Below, piece by piece: positions 26,571 through 36,355 of a stretch of 64,000 nucleotides of DNA; position 1 is the first letter of the stretch, and the number at the start of each line of letters is the position of its first letter. The notes below the pieces were generated by a model. That model had not been told where the DNA came from. It searched no databases and was given only the letters and a program-made list of their open reading frames with translations. The stretch comes from Candidatus Woesearchaeota archaeon. GTDB taxonomy: Archaea > Nanobdellota > Nanobdellia > Pacearchaeales > GW2011-AR1. The stretch is taken from positions 3,685 to 67,684 of the forward strand of contig CAZTCF010000003.1 of the NCBI GenBank assembly GCA_964612685.1, given 5' to 3'. Position numbers and translations under genes: made by a program.

Positions 26571-27491
26571 TTAATCAGAAAATCTTACAAGAGGATAAGT
26601 TTTTACTTCTGAAGGTATACCTGCTTGGTTTGGGTACGGAAGTACCCCTGTTTTATAATTACAGAGTGTAGTTAAGTATTCGTTCGAATTTGCATAATTT
26701 AAACATTCTTCACTCTCATTAATTCTTCTTAAACAGTCAGCAACAGAGCCTGAATGAGCAAGCTCATAACAAATATTTAATCTTTGTTCTCTAGAGAATT
26801 CACTAAGATTTGATCCAATAAACAAAACATAATTCTTACTTGCACTATAATAGCAGTTTTTTTCATAAGTTCTCCAAGGAAAACAATAATCACTGAGATT
26901 ATTAGAAATCCCGTAATCATTTCCTTCTTGTATTGCTCCTAAAATTTCTTGATATCTCTCTTCTATAGATTTTTCTTTTAATATCCCTAAAGTGTCTTCT
27001 GTAGGATTTATCATGTAGATATTACGCTTAAGAGGACCCGGATATTCATATGCATTAATATAAAATTTATCCTCACAGTTATATATTTCCAAAACTCTAT
27101 GGAATAGCCTTGAACCTACATATTCGTATTCATACTCCCATATTAAATTACACCTGCTGTCACTACCAGGGGAAATACTTGTAGAAAGCGCAACCCCTTT
27201 AATACCTTCAAGTTCTTTAAGTTTGTTCAAATTAAAATCGTCTACATCTGTAGCATCCCAACAAAATTGATCATATCCGGAATTTATCATTTCTTCTCGA
27301 GAAGAAAATTCAGAGTATCCCTTACATTCTTCTAAAGTATTGATCCATCCAGAAAGAAAAGTTATGCGCTCTTCCTTTGATATATCATATTCAACCTGAG
27401 TCAAATCCTCTATGGGTCTAGGATAAAACATAATCACTAATGCGACTATTAAAATGACTCCAATAATTCCAATAATCCAACCCTTTTTCAT
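26571..27491 (-). CDS. membrane-anchored extracytoplasmic Cys-containing protein (306 aa)
   Basis: N-terminal TM (WIIGIIGVILIVALVIMF) and multiple Cys. No recognised domain. Confidence 0.7.
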   Translation of the reverse strand: MKKGWIIGIIGVILIVALVIMFYPRPIEDLTQVEYDISKEERITFLSGWINTLEECKGYSEFSSREEMINSGYDQFCWDATDVDDFNLNKLKELEGIKGVALSTSISPGSDSRCNLIWEYEYEYVGSRLFHRVLEIYNCEDKFYINAYEYPGPLKRNIYMINPTEDTLGILKEKSIEERYQEILGAIQEGNDYGISNNLSDYCFPWRTYEKNCYYSASKNYVLFIGSNLSEFSREQRLNICYELAHSGSVADCLRRINESEECLNYANSNEYLTTLCNYKTGVLPYPNQAGIPSEVKTYPLVRFSD

Positions 27492-27546
27492 AAATCAGAC
27501 AAGTAAATATTCTTTAAAAATCTTTCAAAAGATGTTTTACGAAAAC

Positions 27547-27597
27547 CCTGGGAGATTCTTCAAGCCAACAAATAGTAGACCTGAAGCGTCTCCTGGG
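27547..27597 (-). other. second GC-rich hairpin (CCTGGGAGA...TCTCCTGGG, inner CTTCA/TGAAG) followed on the minus strand by GTTTTCG
   Basis: It has the same 13-nt 5' arm as the 26.5-kb hairpin. It sits just upstream of the TATA-like box of 26571..27491. Confidence 0.35.
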
Positions 27598-27860
27598 TAA
27601 AAAGAGGTGATAAAAAATCCAATACTAAGAACTATTTAAACCTTTCGTTTCTGTTACTCTTTAAAAATGACAAGGAGTGGTAAACATAGAGTAGTAATTA
27701 AAAATTTGATAGTCCTTATATAATTGCGATAAAATGAAAGCATATAGCAACTACATCTATTTCTTATTAATAACTACATAAAATCTTGCGTTTAAATTAA
27801 ACCAATTCAATAAAAATAAACCATATAAATCCTTATAAATATAAATCAAGACTCTCAGAT

Positions 27861-28463
27861 ATGCCTCACCAAAAGTTTATGGAATCATTTAACAATCTTT
27901 TTGAAGAATTTTACAGAAGCAAAAATATTGCAAATAGCCCTTCTTTTGGAGTTTGCTATAGGAGCAGAAATGCCAAATACCTACAAACCGATGAATATTC
28001 GCAAGATTCTAAAAAAACAACTCCAATTATTCATAAATTAAGCTCTCAGGAAGAAGATTTAAACGATTTAAAATTTCTATCAAACCTTGACAGCAGAGTA
28101 AAAAGATTTTTAGGTCCCGGATTAATTGGAAAATATAATCTGGAAACAGGATTAATTACACTACCTTTAGATAAATCTGATCTCCCAGAAGAATCAGAAA
28201 ATGTTTTACCCAGTTTTATATATTCATTTGCAGGAATTACAAAAGATTTTTACGATAATATTACAAATAAAACAAAAGAAAAAAAGATGCTGGATAATAT
28301 AGGTGCTTATGTGCTTCTTTGGAGTTTAAAGGATGACAAAAATCCTTTAGAAATTATATTCAATTATTATCCCGAAGAATCTCCAAATGAATTGTTAAGA
28401 ATTCTCAAAGGAAAAGATTTAGAAGAATTCATAAAAAAACATGATTTAAGTCAGACTGGATAA
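27861..28463 (+). CDS. hypothetical protein (200 aa)
   Basis: ORF only. Confidence 0.6.
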   Translation: MPHQKFMESFNNLFEEFYRSKNIANSPSFGVCYRSRNAKYLQTDEYSQDSKKTTPIIHKLSSQEEDLNDLKFLSNLDSRVKRFLGPGLIGKYNLETGLITLPLDKSDLPEESENVLPSFIYSFAGITKDFYDNITNKTKEKKMLDNIGAYVLLWSLKDDKNPLEIIFNYYPEESPNELLRILKGKDLEEFIKKHDLSQTG

Positions 28464-28507
28464 AAAGCTTCAAAAACATTTATATTCTTCGTTTAATTAA
28501 AGAAAAA

Positions 28508-29506
28508 ATGGAAAAGAAAGGTGAATTTTTTGATAATCCTCTTAGCTCATTGAATCAAGAAAATAATCTTAACATCGTTGTTCCTGCAACCCCTACAAAG
28601 ATAAACGTAAAACAAGAAGAAATTCAGGATTTACTATTTAGCAGAGAAATAGAATGGCAGGACATAATATACGATTTGATAAACACAGAACAACTAAACC
28701 CCTGGGATATTGATTTGGTTGTTTTAACAGAAAAATATTTTCAAAGAATACATGAGATGGAGGAAAGGGATTTTTTTGTCTCAAGCAAAGTACTTCTTGC
28801 AGCATCTTTTTTGTTAAGAATAAAATCAGAGATTCTTCTCAACAAGTACATAAAAAGTATAGATGATATACTATTTGGAAACAAAACAGAGATAAAAAAA
28901 TCTTCTTTTGAAAGAATTGAATTAGAAGATGAAATTCCAGAACTAATTCCAAGAAGCCCTCTCCCAAGATTCAAAAAAGTAACACTTAAGGAATTATTAG
29001 AATCCTTAAACAAAGCAATAATAACTGAGAATAGAAGAATAAAAAAAGAAATTGTAAACAAAAATGCTCTCCGAGAAAGTTCTATATCATTACCTAAAAG
29101 AAAATTTAGCATAAAAGATAAGATCATTGAAATTACAACAATGCTAGAAAATCATTTTAGTTCCAAAGAAGAATTTAAAAGAATAACTTTTACAGAACTT
29201 GCAGGAGAAGACAGGGAAAAAAGAATAGAACATTTTTCTCCATTATTGCATCTTGAAAACCAACAAAAAATATGGTTAGACCAACCTTCCCATTTCCAAG
29301 AAATACACATATGGGAAAAGAAAAACTTCTGGGAAAAAAATGGAAATCCATTCCAGAATTTGATAACTGAGCTTAAAGAAGGAAATTATGAAGAAATTTC
29401 AGATGAGGAATTCGACAAATATTCCGATAAAAACGATGATGGAGATGAAGACATCCAGGAAAAAATAAAAAAAGGGAACAAAAAAGTAAAAGAGGAAGAA
29501 GAATGA
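28508..29506 (+). CDS. scpA: segregation and condensation protein A (kleisin ScpA)
   Basis: NPWDIDLVVLTEKYFQRI...FFVSSKVLLAASFLLRIKSEILL matches the ScpA N-terminal pattern. Acidic C-terminal tail. Confidence 0.75.
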   Translation: MEKKGEFFDNPLSSLNQENNLNIVVPATPTKINVKQEEIQDLLFSREIEWQDIIYDLINTEQLNPWDIDLVVLTEKYFQRIHEMEERDFFVSSKVLLAASFLLRIKSEILLNKYIKSIDDILFGNKTEIKKSSFERIELEDEIPELIPRSPLPRFKKVTLKELLESLNKAIITENRRIKKEIVNKNALRESSISLPKRKFSIKDKIIEITTMLENHFSSKEEFKRITFTELAGEDREKRIEHFSPLLHLENQQKIWLDQPSHFQEIHIWEKKNFWEKNGNPFQNLITELKEGNYEEISDEEFDKYSDKNDDGDEDIQEKIKKGNKKVKEEEE

Positions 29507-29799
29507 GCAGTAAAATAGCAGTCAACTACAATAATAGAATAATCTCTCTTAATTACTCAAGTCTTGAAAAAGACGAAAAATTGCTTAAACTCAATTTAAG
29601 CAAAGTTGCTGGTTCAGGAAAAGGGGACAATTATGCAAAAGCAGAACAAGAAGCACAGCTTTACTTAATAAAAAATGCATTAAATAAATCAACCCGCTTC
29701 CACAAATTAGAAAGAATTGTGGGGATAACACAAAATGTTCATTTATTAGATAAGGGAGAAATAAAGATTATTCTTGAAGGTTATGGGGTGTTTAATTAA
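29503..29799 (+). CDS. hypothetical protein (98 aa), 4-nt overlap with scpA
   Basis: ORF in the position where scpB often sits, but much shorter. No recognised wHTH. Confidence 0.5.
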   Translation: MSSKIAVNYNNRIISLNYSSLEKDEKLLKLNLSKVAGSGKGDNYAKAEQEAQLYLIKNALNKSTRFHKLERIVGITQNVHLLDKGEIKIILEGYGVFN

Positions 29800-29800
29800 A

Positions 29801-30472
29801 ATGAAACTGGCATCATTATTTTCTGGAGGGAAGGATTCTGTTTATTCTGCATATCTTGTCAAAAAACAAGGAAATGATTTAGTTTGTCTTATAACTCTTC
29901 ATTCAGAGAATAAAGAATCATATATGTTCCATACACCCAGCATTAAAAAGACAAAAAATCAGGCAAATGCAATGAAACTTCCTTTAATGGTTCACAAAAC
30001 ACAAGGAAAAAAGGAAGAAGAATTGAAAGATTTGGAAAACGCAATAAAGAAAGCAATAAAGAAATACAAAATTGAAGGAATTGTAACTGGTGCACTCCAT
30101 TCAGAATATCAAGCATCTAGAATACAAAAAATCTGTGATGATTTGAATATAAAATGTATAAATCCCCTCTGGCACAAAGAGGAAATAGGTTATCTTAAAG
30201 AGCTCTTAAAAGAAAATTTCAAGGTAATTGTGGTTGGAGTATTTGCATACCCCTTAAATCAATCCTGGCTAGGAAGAATTATTGACGATAAGTTCATAGA
30301 AGAAGTAAGAATACTAAAAGAAAAATACAAAATCCACCCTGCAGGAGAGGGAGGGGAGTTTGAAACATTTGTTTTAAATTGTCCTATGTTCAGTAATGAA
30401 TTAAAGATAAAAAAGTATAGAGATTTCAAGGAAGGTGAAAACTCCTGGAGAAGAGAGATTGAAATAAAATGA
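29801..30472 (+). CDS. dph6: diphthine-ammonia ligase (Dph6 / MJ0570-family ATP pyrophosphatase)
   Basis: MKLASLFSGGKDS (PP-loop) and HPAGEGGEFETFVLNCPMF. Confidence 0.85.
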   Translation: MKLASLFSGGKDSVYSAYLVKKQGNDLVCLITLHSENKESYMFHTPSIKKTKNQANAMKLPLMVHKTQGKKEEELKDLENAIKKAIKKYKIEGIVTGALHSEYQASRIQKICDDLNIKCINPLWHKEEIGYLKELLKENFKVIVVGVFAYPLNQSWLGRIIDDKFIEEVRILKEKYKIHPAGEGGEFETFVLNCPMFSNELKIKKYRDFKEGENSWRREIEIK

Positions 30473-31254
30473 ATGTTCTAAATTATTTATTGATTGCAAT
30501 TTCAATTAATTTGCTAATGTTTTTATTTGCATATAAATTTAAAACAGATAAACTTACAGATTTATCTTATGCTTTAACATTCATACTACTAACACTAATA
30601 AGTTTTGTTTATTCAAAATATGCAGAGTTTAAACTAATTCTTTTTATAATGATTATCTTATGGTCATTAAGATTGGGAATATTTCTTTTTATAAGAATAA
30701 AAAAAATAAAAAAAGACAGGAGATTTGATGGAATAAGAGAAAATTTCTTTAGATTTTTCCAATTCTGGTTATTACAAGGTATTACTGTTTGGGTAATTCT
30801 TCTTCCACCATTAATATTCTTTAGCTCCGAGATAAAAGTATCCCTTTTATCTTGGTTAGGACTCGCAATCTGGTTTATAGGTTTAACAATAGAAACAATT
30901 TCAGATTTACAAAAATATCAGTTTAACAAACATAATAAAGAGGATAAGTGGATTTCAACAGGATTATGGAAATACTCAAGACATCCAAACTATTTTGGAG
31001 AAATACTCTGTTGGATAGGAGTATACCTTTTCACTTTTAGCAGTTTAACATCTATTCAAAAGATATTTGCACTCAATAGCCCAATATTCATAACAATACT
31101 TCTACTATTTGTAACAGGAATACCCAAATTAGAAAATTATGCCAACAAAAAATGGGGGAAATTAAAGGAATATAAAGAATACAAAAGAAAAACAAGTATT
31201 CTAATTCCCTGGTTTTCAAAAAAGAAATCTCAAAAAAGAGAAATAACTATTTAA
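30469..31254 (+). CDS. DUF1295 / steroid-5-alpha-reductase-like membrane protein
   Basis: Multi-TM. WKYSRHPNYFGEILCWIG signature. Confidence 0.8.
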   Translation: MNVLNYLLIAISINLLMFLFAYKFKTDKLTDLSYALTFILLTLISFVYSKYAEFKLILFIMIILWSLRLGIFLFIRIKKIKKDRRFDGIRENFFRFFQFWLLQGITVWVILLPPLIFFSSEIKVSLLSWLGLAIWFIGLTIETISDLQKYQFNKHNKEDKWISTGLWKYSRHPNYFGEILCWIGVYLFTFSSLTSIQKIFALNSPIFITILLLFVTGIPKLENYANKKWGKLKEYKEYKRKTSILIPWFSKKKSQKREITI

Positions 31255-31314
31255 TTAAATACTAAATAATTATACTTAAATAGAAGGAATTCTTGGTAAT
31301 TTCATAAAAAGAGA

Positions 31315-32871
31315 ATGAAAATTCCGAAAATATTTGGAAATAAAATAGTTGTGCTAGTAATAGCTTTAGCTCTAATAATAGTTGTCTTGGTATCCTTAAT
31401 TAATGTAAGTAAGATAGCATTCACAGGATTCTCAAGTTTAAATGAAGGAGAGCAAGAAATACAGGAGAGTTCTATTTCAGATAGTACAAATAGGGGAAGT
31501 GCAATGTCAATAAATATCTTTGAGGAAAACCCTCTTGGACTAGAAGATGTTTATTTTATTGAAGAGAATGCAGAAATCCTTCCAGAAACAACTAAAAAAA
31601 GTAGGAGAGGTTCTAGCAACTCTAATCTACAAAATCTCCCCGGTACAAATCAGGAGGGAGAAAATAATGGAGAAAATGGAAATTCAAATAATAATGGAAA
31701 TGACAACCCCCCTATAACCTCAAAAAAATTAACAAAGAAACCAAAAGACTTAAACCTAAAAAAAGACGAAGTTGAAATAAATGAAGGAGAAGAATTCCAG
31801 GGGATAGTTCGATTAAACCTTGAAAAATCCAACAAAAAAATATCAAAATTTAACGTCAACTTTGATGAAGATATAGACTTATCAGATATAACGGGAGATT
31901 CCGACTTCGCAACAGGGAAATCATTTATGCACTCAACCTCTGGAATCCTTGAGGATATTGACCTCTATGTTCCAATAACAGAAGGTACGGATGGGGTAGT
32001 GGTATGTTCTGGAGCATCAAATTTCGAACAAATCTACTATGGATGTTCAAATGAACCCGGAATAACTAAAGAAGAACTTTTAACCCTCTCAAGTCCAAGA
32101 TTAGAAATAAGTACGGATGGATTATATTTTATTATTCATGGTATAACTGGTACTGGAGCAACAGGAGTAAACGTTACAAACATTACTTCAAGTCATCAAA
32201 ATGCAACCCCCCCGGGAAGTTTAGATGCAATTGCAGGAAACGTGACAGAGATAACAACCCCAGAAGGATGGGGGATAACCCAAGCCTGGGCAGGATATTA
32301 TGGGAATGTATCTGGAGCAATACAACTTGCAGACTCGGGAAATAACGTTCTATACAATTGGTCCCTATCCTCTCCAGAAGGAGAAGTATTTGCATCAACA
32401 AATGATTCAATATCCTGGAATCATGTACAATGTTTCAACTTCACCTCTTCAGGAACATACATAGATGAAAGTGGAGATGGAGGAACAACAAACCAATATG
32501 GAACGAACCTTACATTACTAGAAACCCAATATGGGATTGAAAATGATGATTTAGATGGGGTTGATGAAACATTCTACCTTTTAGGAATAGGAACACATAA
32601 TACCTTTTATGTTAATGCAAACGAGTTTACAGAAGGGGAATGTCCAAACACCAGAATTTTTGATTCTTCAGGATATGGAAATGACGATAATTTTGAAGAA
32701 ATTCTCTTATATGAACCCACAACATCTAGTGTTATCTTTACATCCTTGTTAAATGAAGATTTACCCGGGTTCGACAATAATCCTCATGATTTTGAAATGA
32801 TAGTACTTGAAGATGGACACCTAACAGATACCTCAACAACTCTTTATTATTTCTATGCAGTTATGTATTAA
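31315..32871 (+). CDS. large secreted surface protein (518 aa) with an N-terminal anchor
   Basis: N-terminal TM, an Asn/Gly-rich linker and a long Thr/Gly/Asn-rich beta-like region. Confidence 0.7.
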   Translation: MKIPKIFGNKIVVLVIALALIIVVLVSLINVSKIAFTGFSSLNEGEQEIQESSISDSTNRGSAMSINIFEENPLGLEDVYFIEENAEILPETTKKSRRGSSNSNLQNLPGTNQEGENNGENGNSNNNGNDNPPITSKKLTKKPKDLNLKKDEVEINEGEEFQGIVRLNLEKSNKKISKFNVNFDEDIDLSDITGDSDFATGKSFMHSTSGILEDIDLYVPITEGTDGVVVCSGASNFEQIYYGCSNEPGITKEELLTLSSPRLEISTDGLYFIIHGITGTGATGVNVTNITSSHQNATPPGSLDAIAGNVTEITTPEGWGITQAWAGYYGNVSGAIQLADSGNNVLYNWSLSSPEGEVFASTNDSISWNHVQCFNFTSSGTYIDESGDGGTTNQYGTNLTLLETQYGIENDDLDGVDETFYLLGIGTHNTFYVNANEFTEGECPNTRIFDSSGYGNDDNFEEILLYEPTTSSVIFTSLLNEDLPGFDNNPHDFEMIVLEDGHLTDTSTTLYYFYAVMY

Positions 32872-32918
32872 ATAATAAAAATATAAGGTTTTTTTAACTC
32901 TGATATTTTAATATAGAA

Positions 32919-34097
32919 ATGGGAATATTTGATTTTTTAAAAAAAGTATTGAAAGAAGATGAAAAAATAGAGCCAGAAAAAGAGAAATTAGCCTTCCCAG
33001 ATATTGAGGAATTTATAAAATCCAAGATAAAAGAAATAAAAGAAAAGGAAAAAGAAAGAAACTCCTTAATTAATCAAAAAATATCCCATTTTTCAAAAGA
33101 GATTAAAGAGAAAATAGAAATTGTAAATAGAGTAGATATTGAATCAAAAGAGAAAAACGATAAGATAAAGTCAATAGTCAACGAAGGGAGAAAAAAGTAC
33201 GTAGATTTTTTAGAAAGATTTATAGAGAATATAGAAAGTATTAAAAAAGAGAATCTAGAAGAAACTACAAAAGAAATAAATTTAGCTTTTTTACGTCTTA
33301 ACCAAAACTCTGGAAAAAGCTATGAAAGGGCAACTATACTCATTGGAAAAGAGATGGGAAGTATAAAAGAAACCCTAAAAAACTTCTCAAATGAACTATT
33401 AAAAATATTTAATGAGGATAAAGAGATTACATCCAATAAAAAAAGACTTCAAGTAATTCAAACAAAGCTAGAAGAAAACAATGAGATAAACAAAAAATTA
33501 GAAAAAATACAAGAAAATATATCCTCAATAGAAAAAAAAGTTAAAGAAAAAGAAGAAGAAAGTAAAGAAAGATACGATGAACTTGACAAAATAAAAACAG
33601 GTAAAGATTATCTTGAATACCTTGAAAATCAAAAAAATGTACAAATAAAAGAAGAGGATCTTGAAAAAATTATAATTGAATTTAGAGGTCTAATTGACTT
33701 TAAAGGACTTTCAAATTTCTTCCATATATTCCCTGAAAAAATGGAAATAGTTAAAAAATACAAGGATAATTTTCTGAGCGAATTTAAAATGGAAGGAGAA
33801 GGAAAGATTATAGAACTTCTAGAGGAATCCAAGTTAAATAATAATAAAATTAATGAGAAAATAAAAACCATAAAACAAAAAGAAAAAGAGATAGTAATTT
33901 CAAGAAATAAAATTAAAAAAATTGAAGTAGAACATCTATATTCTGAGATAGAGAGAATAAAAGAGGGTATAGACAATTTAATTAATGAAAAAGAATGGGC
34001 AGAAAAAAACAAAGAAAAAATGCAGTCTCAGGAGAAAGAGAATAAAGATATTATAAAAAAGCAACTAATTTCAATGAATATACATCTAGAAGACTAA
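32919..34097 (+). CDS. Lys/Glu-rich coiled-coil protein (392 aa)
   Basis: Continuous heptad-like KE-rich sequence. Confidence 0.65.
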   Translation: MGIFDFLKKVLKEDEKIEPEKEKLAFPDIEEFIKSKIKEIKEKEKERNSLINQKISHFSKEIKEKIEIVNRVDIESKEKNDKIKSIVNEGRKKYVDFLERFIENIESIKKENLEETTKEINLAFLRLNQNSGKSYERATILIGKEMGSIKETLKNFSNELLKIFNEDKEITSNKKRLQVIQTKLEENNEINKKLEKIQENISSIEKKVKEKEEESKERYDELDKIKTGKDYLEYLENQKNVQIKEEDLEKIIIEFRGLIDFKGLSNFFHIFPEKMEIVKKYKDNFLSEFKMEGEGKIIELLEESKLNNNKINEKIKTIKQKEKEIVISRNKIKKIEVEHLYSEIERIKEGIDNLINEKEWAEKNKEKMQSQEKENKDIIKKQLISMNIHLED

Positions 34098-34133
34098 AGA
34101 CAGATTTATAAATTTAAAATTTATATAATAATC

Positions 34134-34823
34134 ATGGGCGATAAAAAAGAGGAAAAAAGTCCAATTAAAGAAGAGATTCTTGAGGAAGAAGGTAAAAAAC
34201 TAAGTAGAGATATAGCTAGAAAGCATATCTATGTAAAAAATAAAAACAAATACCCTCTTCCCTTTGAAGAATATAAGATATATCATATAGATGGTAAACT
34301 ATTCAATGATGCTCCAGAAAACTTATATCTTTGTACCAAAGAACAAAGAAATGCATTATATGAAGAACAATTGAGAAGAAAAAAGCCTTTCACGTCATCT
34401 ATGGAAATTGACTTATTCTTAGATAAAATTGGAAAATCCTCTCCAGAAATATCAAAAGATAAGCAAATATATGAAAAAAACTACAACCCAAAGGTGCCCC
34501 TTTATTGGAAACAAAAGGAATCAAGAAAAAAACAGCTATTAAACCAAGAAGATCACCATACAGAAATAAAAAGTAAGATAATAGATGAAATAAAAGAAAG
34601 AGAAGAAGAAATAGAAATTGAGGAAGAGGAAAATCAATTCTATTATCACCAGAAAGAAAAAACCCCTAAACTAAAAAAACAATTAATACAAGAGATTAGA
34701 GAAACAGAGGCAATAAAAAAGATAAAGGAAGGAAAAAGAAAGATGACTCTCACTGAAAAAATAATAATCGCAATTGGTATCTTAATTGTTATCTTACTTT
34801 TTTACATTTATTTAAAGATGTAA
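34134..34823 (+). CDS. hypothetical protein with a C-terminal TM anchor
   Basis: ORF with the C-terminal segment IIIAIGILIVILLFYIYL. Confidence 0.6.
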   Translation: MGDKKEEKSPIKEEILEEEGKKLSRDIARKHIYVKNKNKYPLPFEEYKIYHIDGKLFNDAPENLYLCTKEQRNALYEEQLRRKKPFTSSMEIDLFLDKIGKSSPEISKDKQIYEKNYNPKVPLYWKQKESRKKQLLNQEDHHTEIKSKIIDEIKEREEEIEIEEEENQFYYHQKEKTPKLKKQLIQEIRETEAIKKIKEGKRKMTLTEKIIIAIGILIVILLFYIYLKM

Positions 34824-34832
34824 TTAATATAA

Positions 34833-36272
34833 TCACTTAAATTCAAAACTAGCAGAATGTGATGTCCCATCATTAAGATTTAATGTAAACTTCCTACAAC
34901 TCCCTTTCCAGTATTTTTCTGTTTTCCAAACATAAGTATATTCATCAATTAAAGGATTATAAGATAAAGTGCTTTGGCCAGCAGTAGATGTTTCTTCAAT
35001 TACATCTCCAATTAATGAAGAATCGCAAGAAGTCCAACAAGAGACAGGATTTGAATCAAATATATCTAATCCTTTATCTCCATTCAAGCTAAATTTAATA
35101 GGGACAGCACTTCCAGCCTTAACAAGATTTAACATAGGTAGATTATCAACTGGTTTCAAAAATCCACTCCATTCATAACACCCTTCATCAACATCCCCAT
35201 CACAATTATCATCTATACCATTACATATTTCCTCTGCACCCTGATGAACTGCAGGATTTAAAGGCTCACAATCAAATTCATCAGACATACCATCATTATC
35301 ACTATCTAAAAATACTCTTAATCCTAAATTTGGATAACCATTATTAATCCAAGAACTTATACCCCAGATGTTATCAAAATCCCATCCAGCATCTGTAAAT
35401 GTTGAATAAGTCTTCATTTCATTAGTTATCTTCCCAATCCCACAATCACTTGTTATTTGTCCTGAAGTTTCAACATCCCAAAATGAACTTACGCAAAAAC
35501 CAGGATTAACTCCAATTAAACCCCCCGCATACTCTTCTCCAAACACACTTCCAGTAGAATAAGAATTTGATACACTTCCTCCATTCAAACCAACCAATCC
35601 TCCTGAATAATGAGCTCCAGAGACTGAACCAGTAGAATAAGAATTCTCTATTTTCCCACCATTAAAACCTACAATTCCACCCGCACTTTGAAAACCAGAA
35701 ACATAAGAATCAACATTTCTACAATAAACAACTAAACCATTGTTGGGATGAGTCTCTCCAACTATACCTCCAACCTTACCATAAAAATTAGAATAAATTT
35801 TAGAACCAATAACACTTGAGTAAGAAACAATACTATTAGCATACCCCACTACACCTCCAGTTTTCTCTCCACCATAAATTGTTGCACTCACCAAATTTAT
35901 TCTAGACACAAAATAGTCAGATCCGAGAAAATTAAACAAACCCGTTTGTTCACTTAAAGGAGTGTTAATATACAAATTAAAAATAGCATAATCTTGTCCA
36001 TTATACTGTCCTTGAAATCCAGATGGATTACCCCTACCTATAGGAACAAATCCAGCACCTTCATTCCAATTAACAGTATCAGAACAATCAATATCATTTA
36101 TTTGAATAAAATATAAACCCTTATCCACATAAACAGAATCTCCAATCTCTTGTAACTCCACACAAGTCCCTACCTGAAATGGATCGTCAATAGTTCCAGA
36201 ACCTCCACTAAACGCACTTGCTAAACTCAAAGTTAGTATAAATACTCCTAAAAATAAACCCCCTCTCCTCAT
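34833..36272 (-). CDS. secreted GLUG-repeat protein with a Cys/Asp-rich module
   Basis: Signal peptide. Repeats of GG(I/L)VG.N.G.(I/V).NSYSTGSV.G (GLUG-type). DSDNDGMSDEFDCEP...CNGIDDNCDGDVDEGC. Confidence 0.8.
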   Translation of the reverse strand: MRRGGLFLGVFILTLSLASAFSGGSGTIDDPFQVGTCVELQEIGDSVYVDKGLYFIQINDIDCSDTVNWNEGAGFVPIGRGNPSGFQGQYNGQDYAIFNLYINTPLSEQTGLFNFLGSDYFVSRINLVSATIYGGEKTGGVVGYANSIVSYSSVIGSKIYSNFYGKVGGIVGETHPNNGLVVYCRNVDSYVSGFQSAGGIVGFNGGKIENSYSTGSVSGAHYSGGLVGLNGGSVSNSYSTGSVFGEEYAGGLIGVNPGFCVSSFWDVETSGQITSDCGIGKITNEMKTYSTFTDAGWDFDNIWGISSWINNGYPNLGLRVFLDSDNDGMSDEFDCEPLNPAVHQGAEEICNGIDDNCDGDVDEGCYEWSGFLKPVDNLPMLNLVKAGSAVPIKFSLNGDKGLDIFDSNPVSCWTSCDSSLIGDVIEETSTAGQSTLSYNPLIDEYTYVWKTEKYWKGSCRKFTLNLNDGTSHSASFEFK

Positions 36273-36355
36273 TTTAAAGATAAAATAAACCCTGCTTATA
36301 AATTTTTATGTGCCAATAGGATAATATTTATAAATTACAATCCCTATTTCAAAGA

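Noticed and set aside
34134-34823. HNH-like motif (YHIDGKLFNDAPENLYLC) in the 229-aa protein
   Set aside because: Only the central DG...N...NL part matches. The first catalytic His is Tyr and there are no flanking Cys/His ligands. This is insufficient to call a nuclease.
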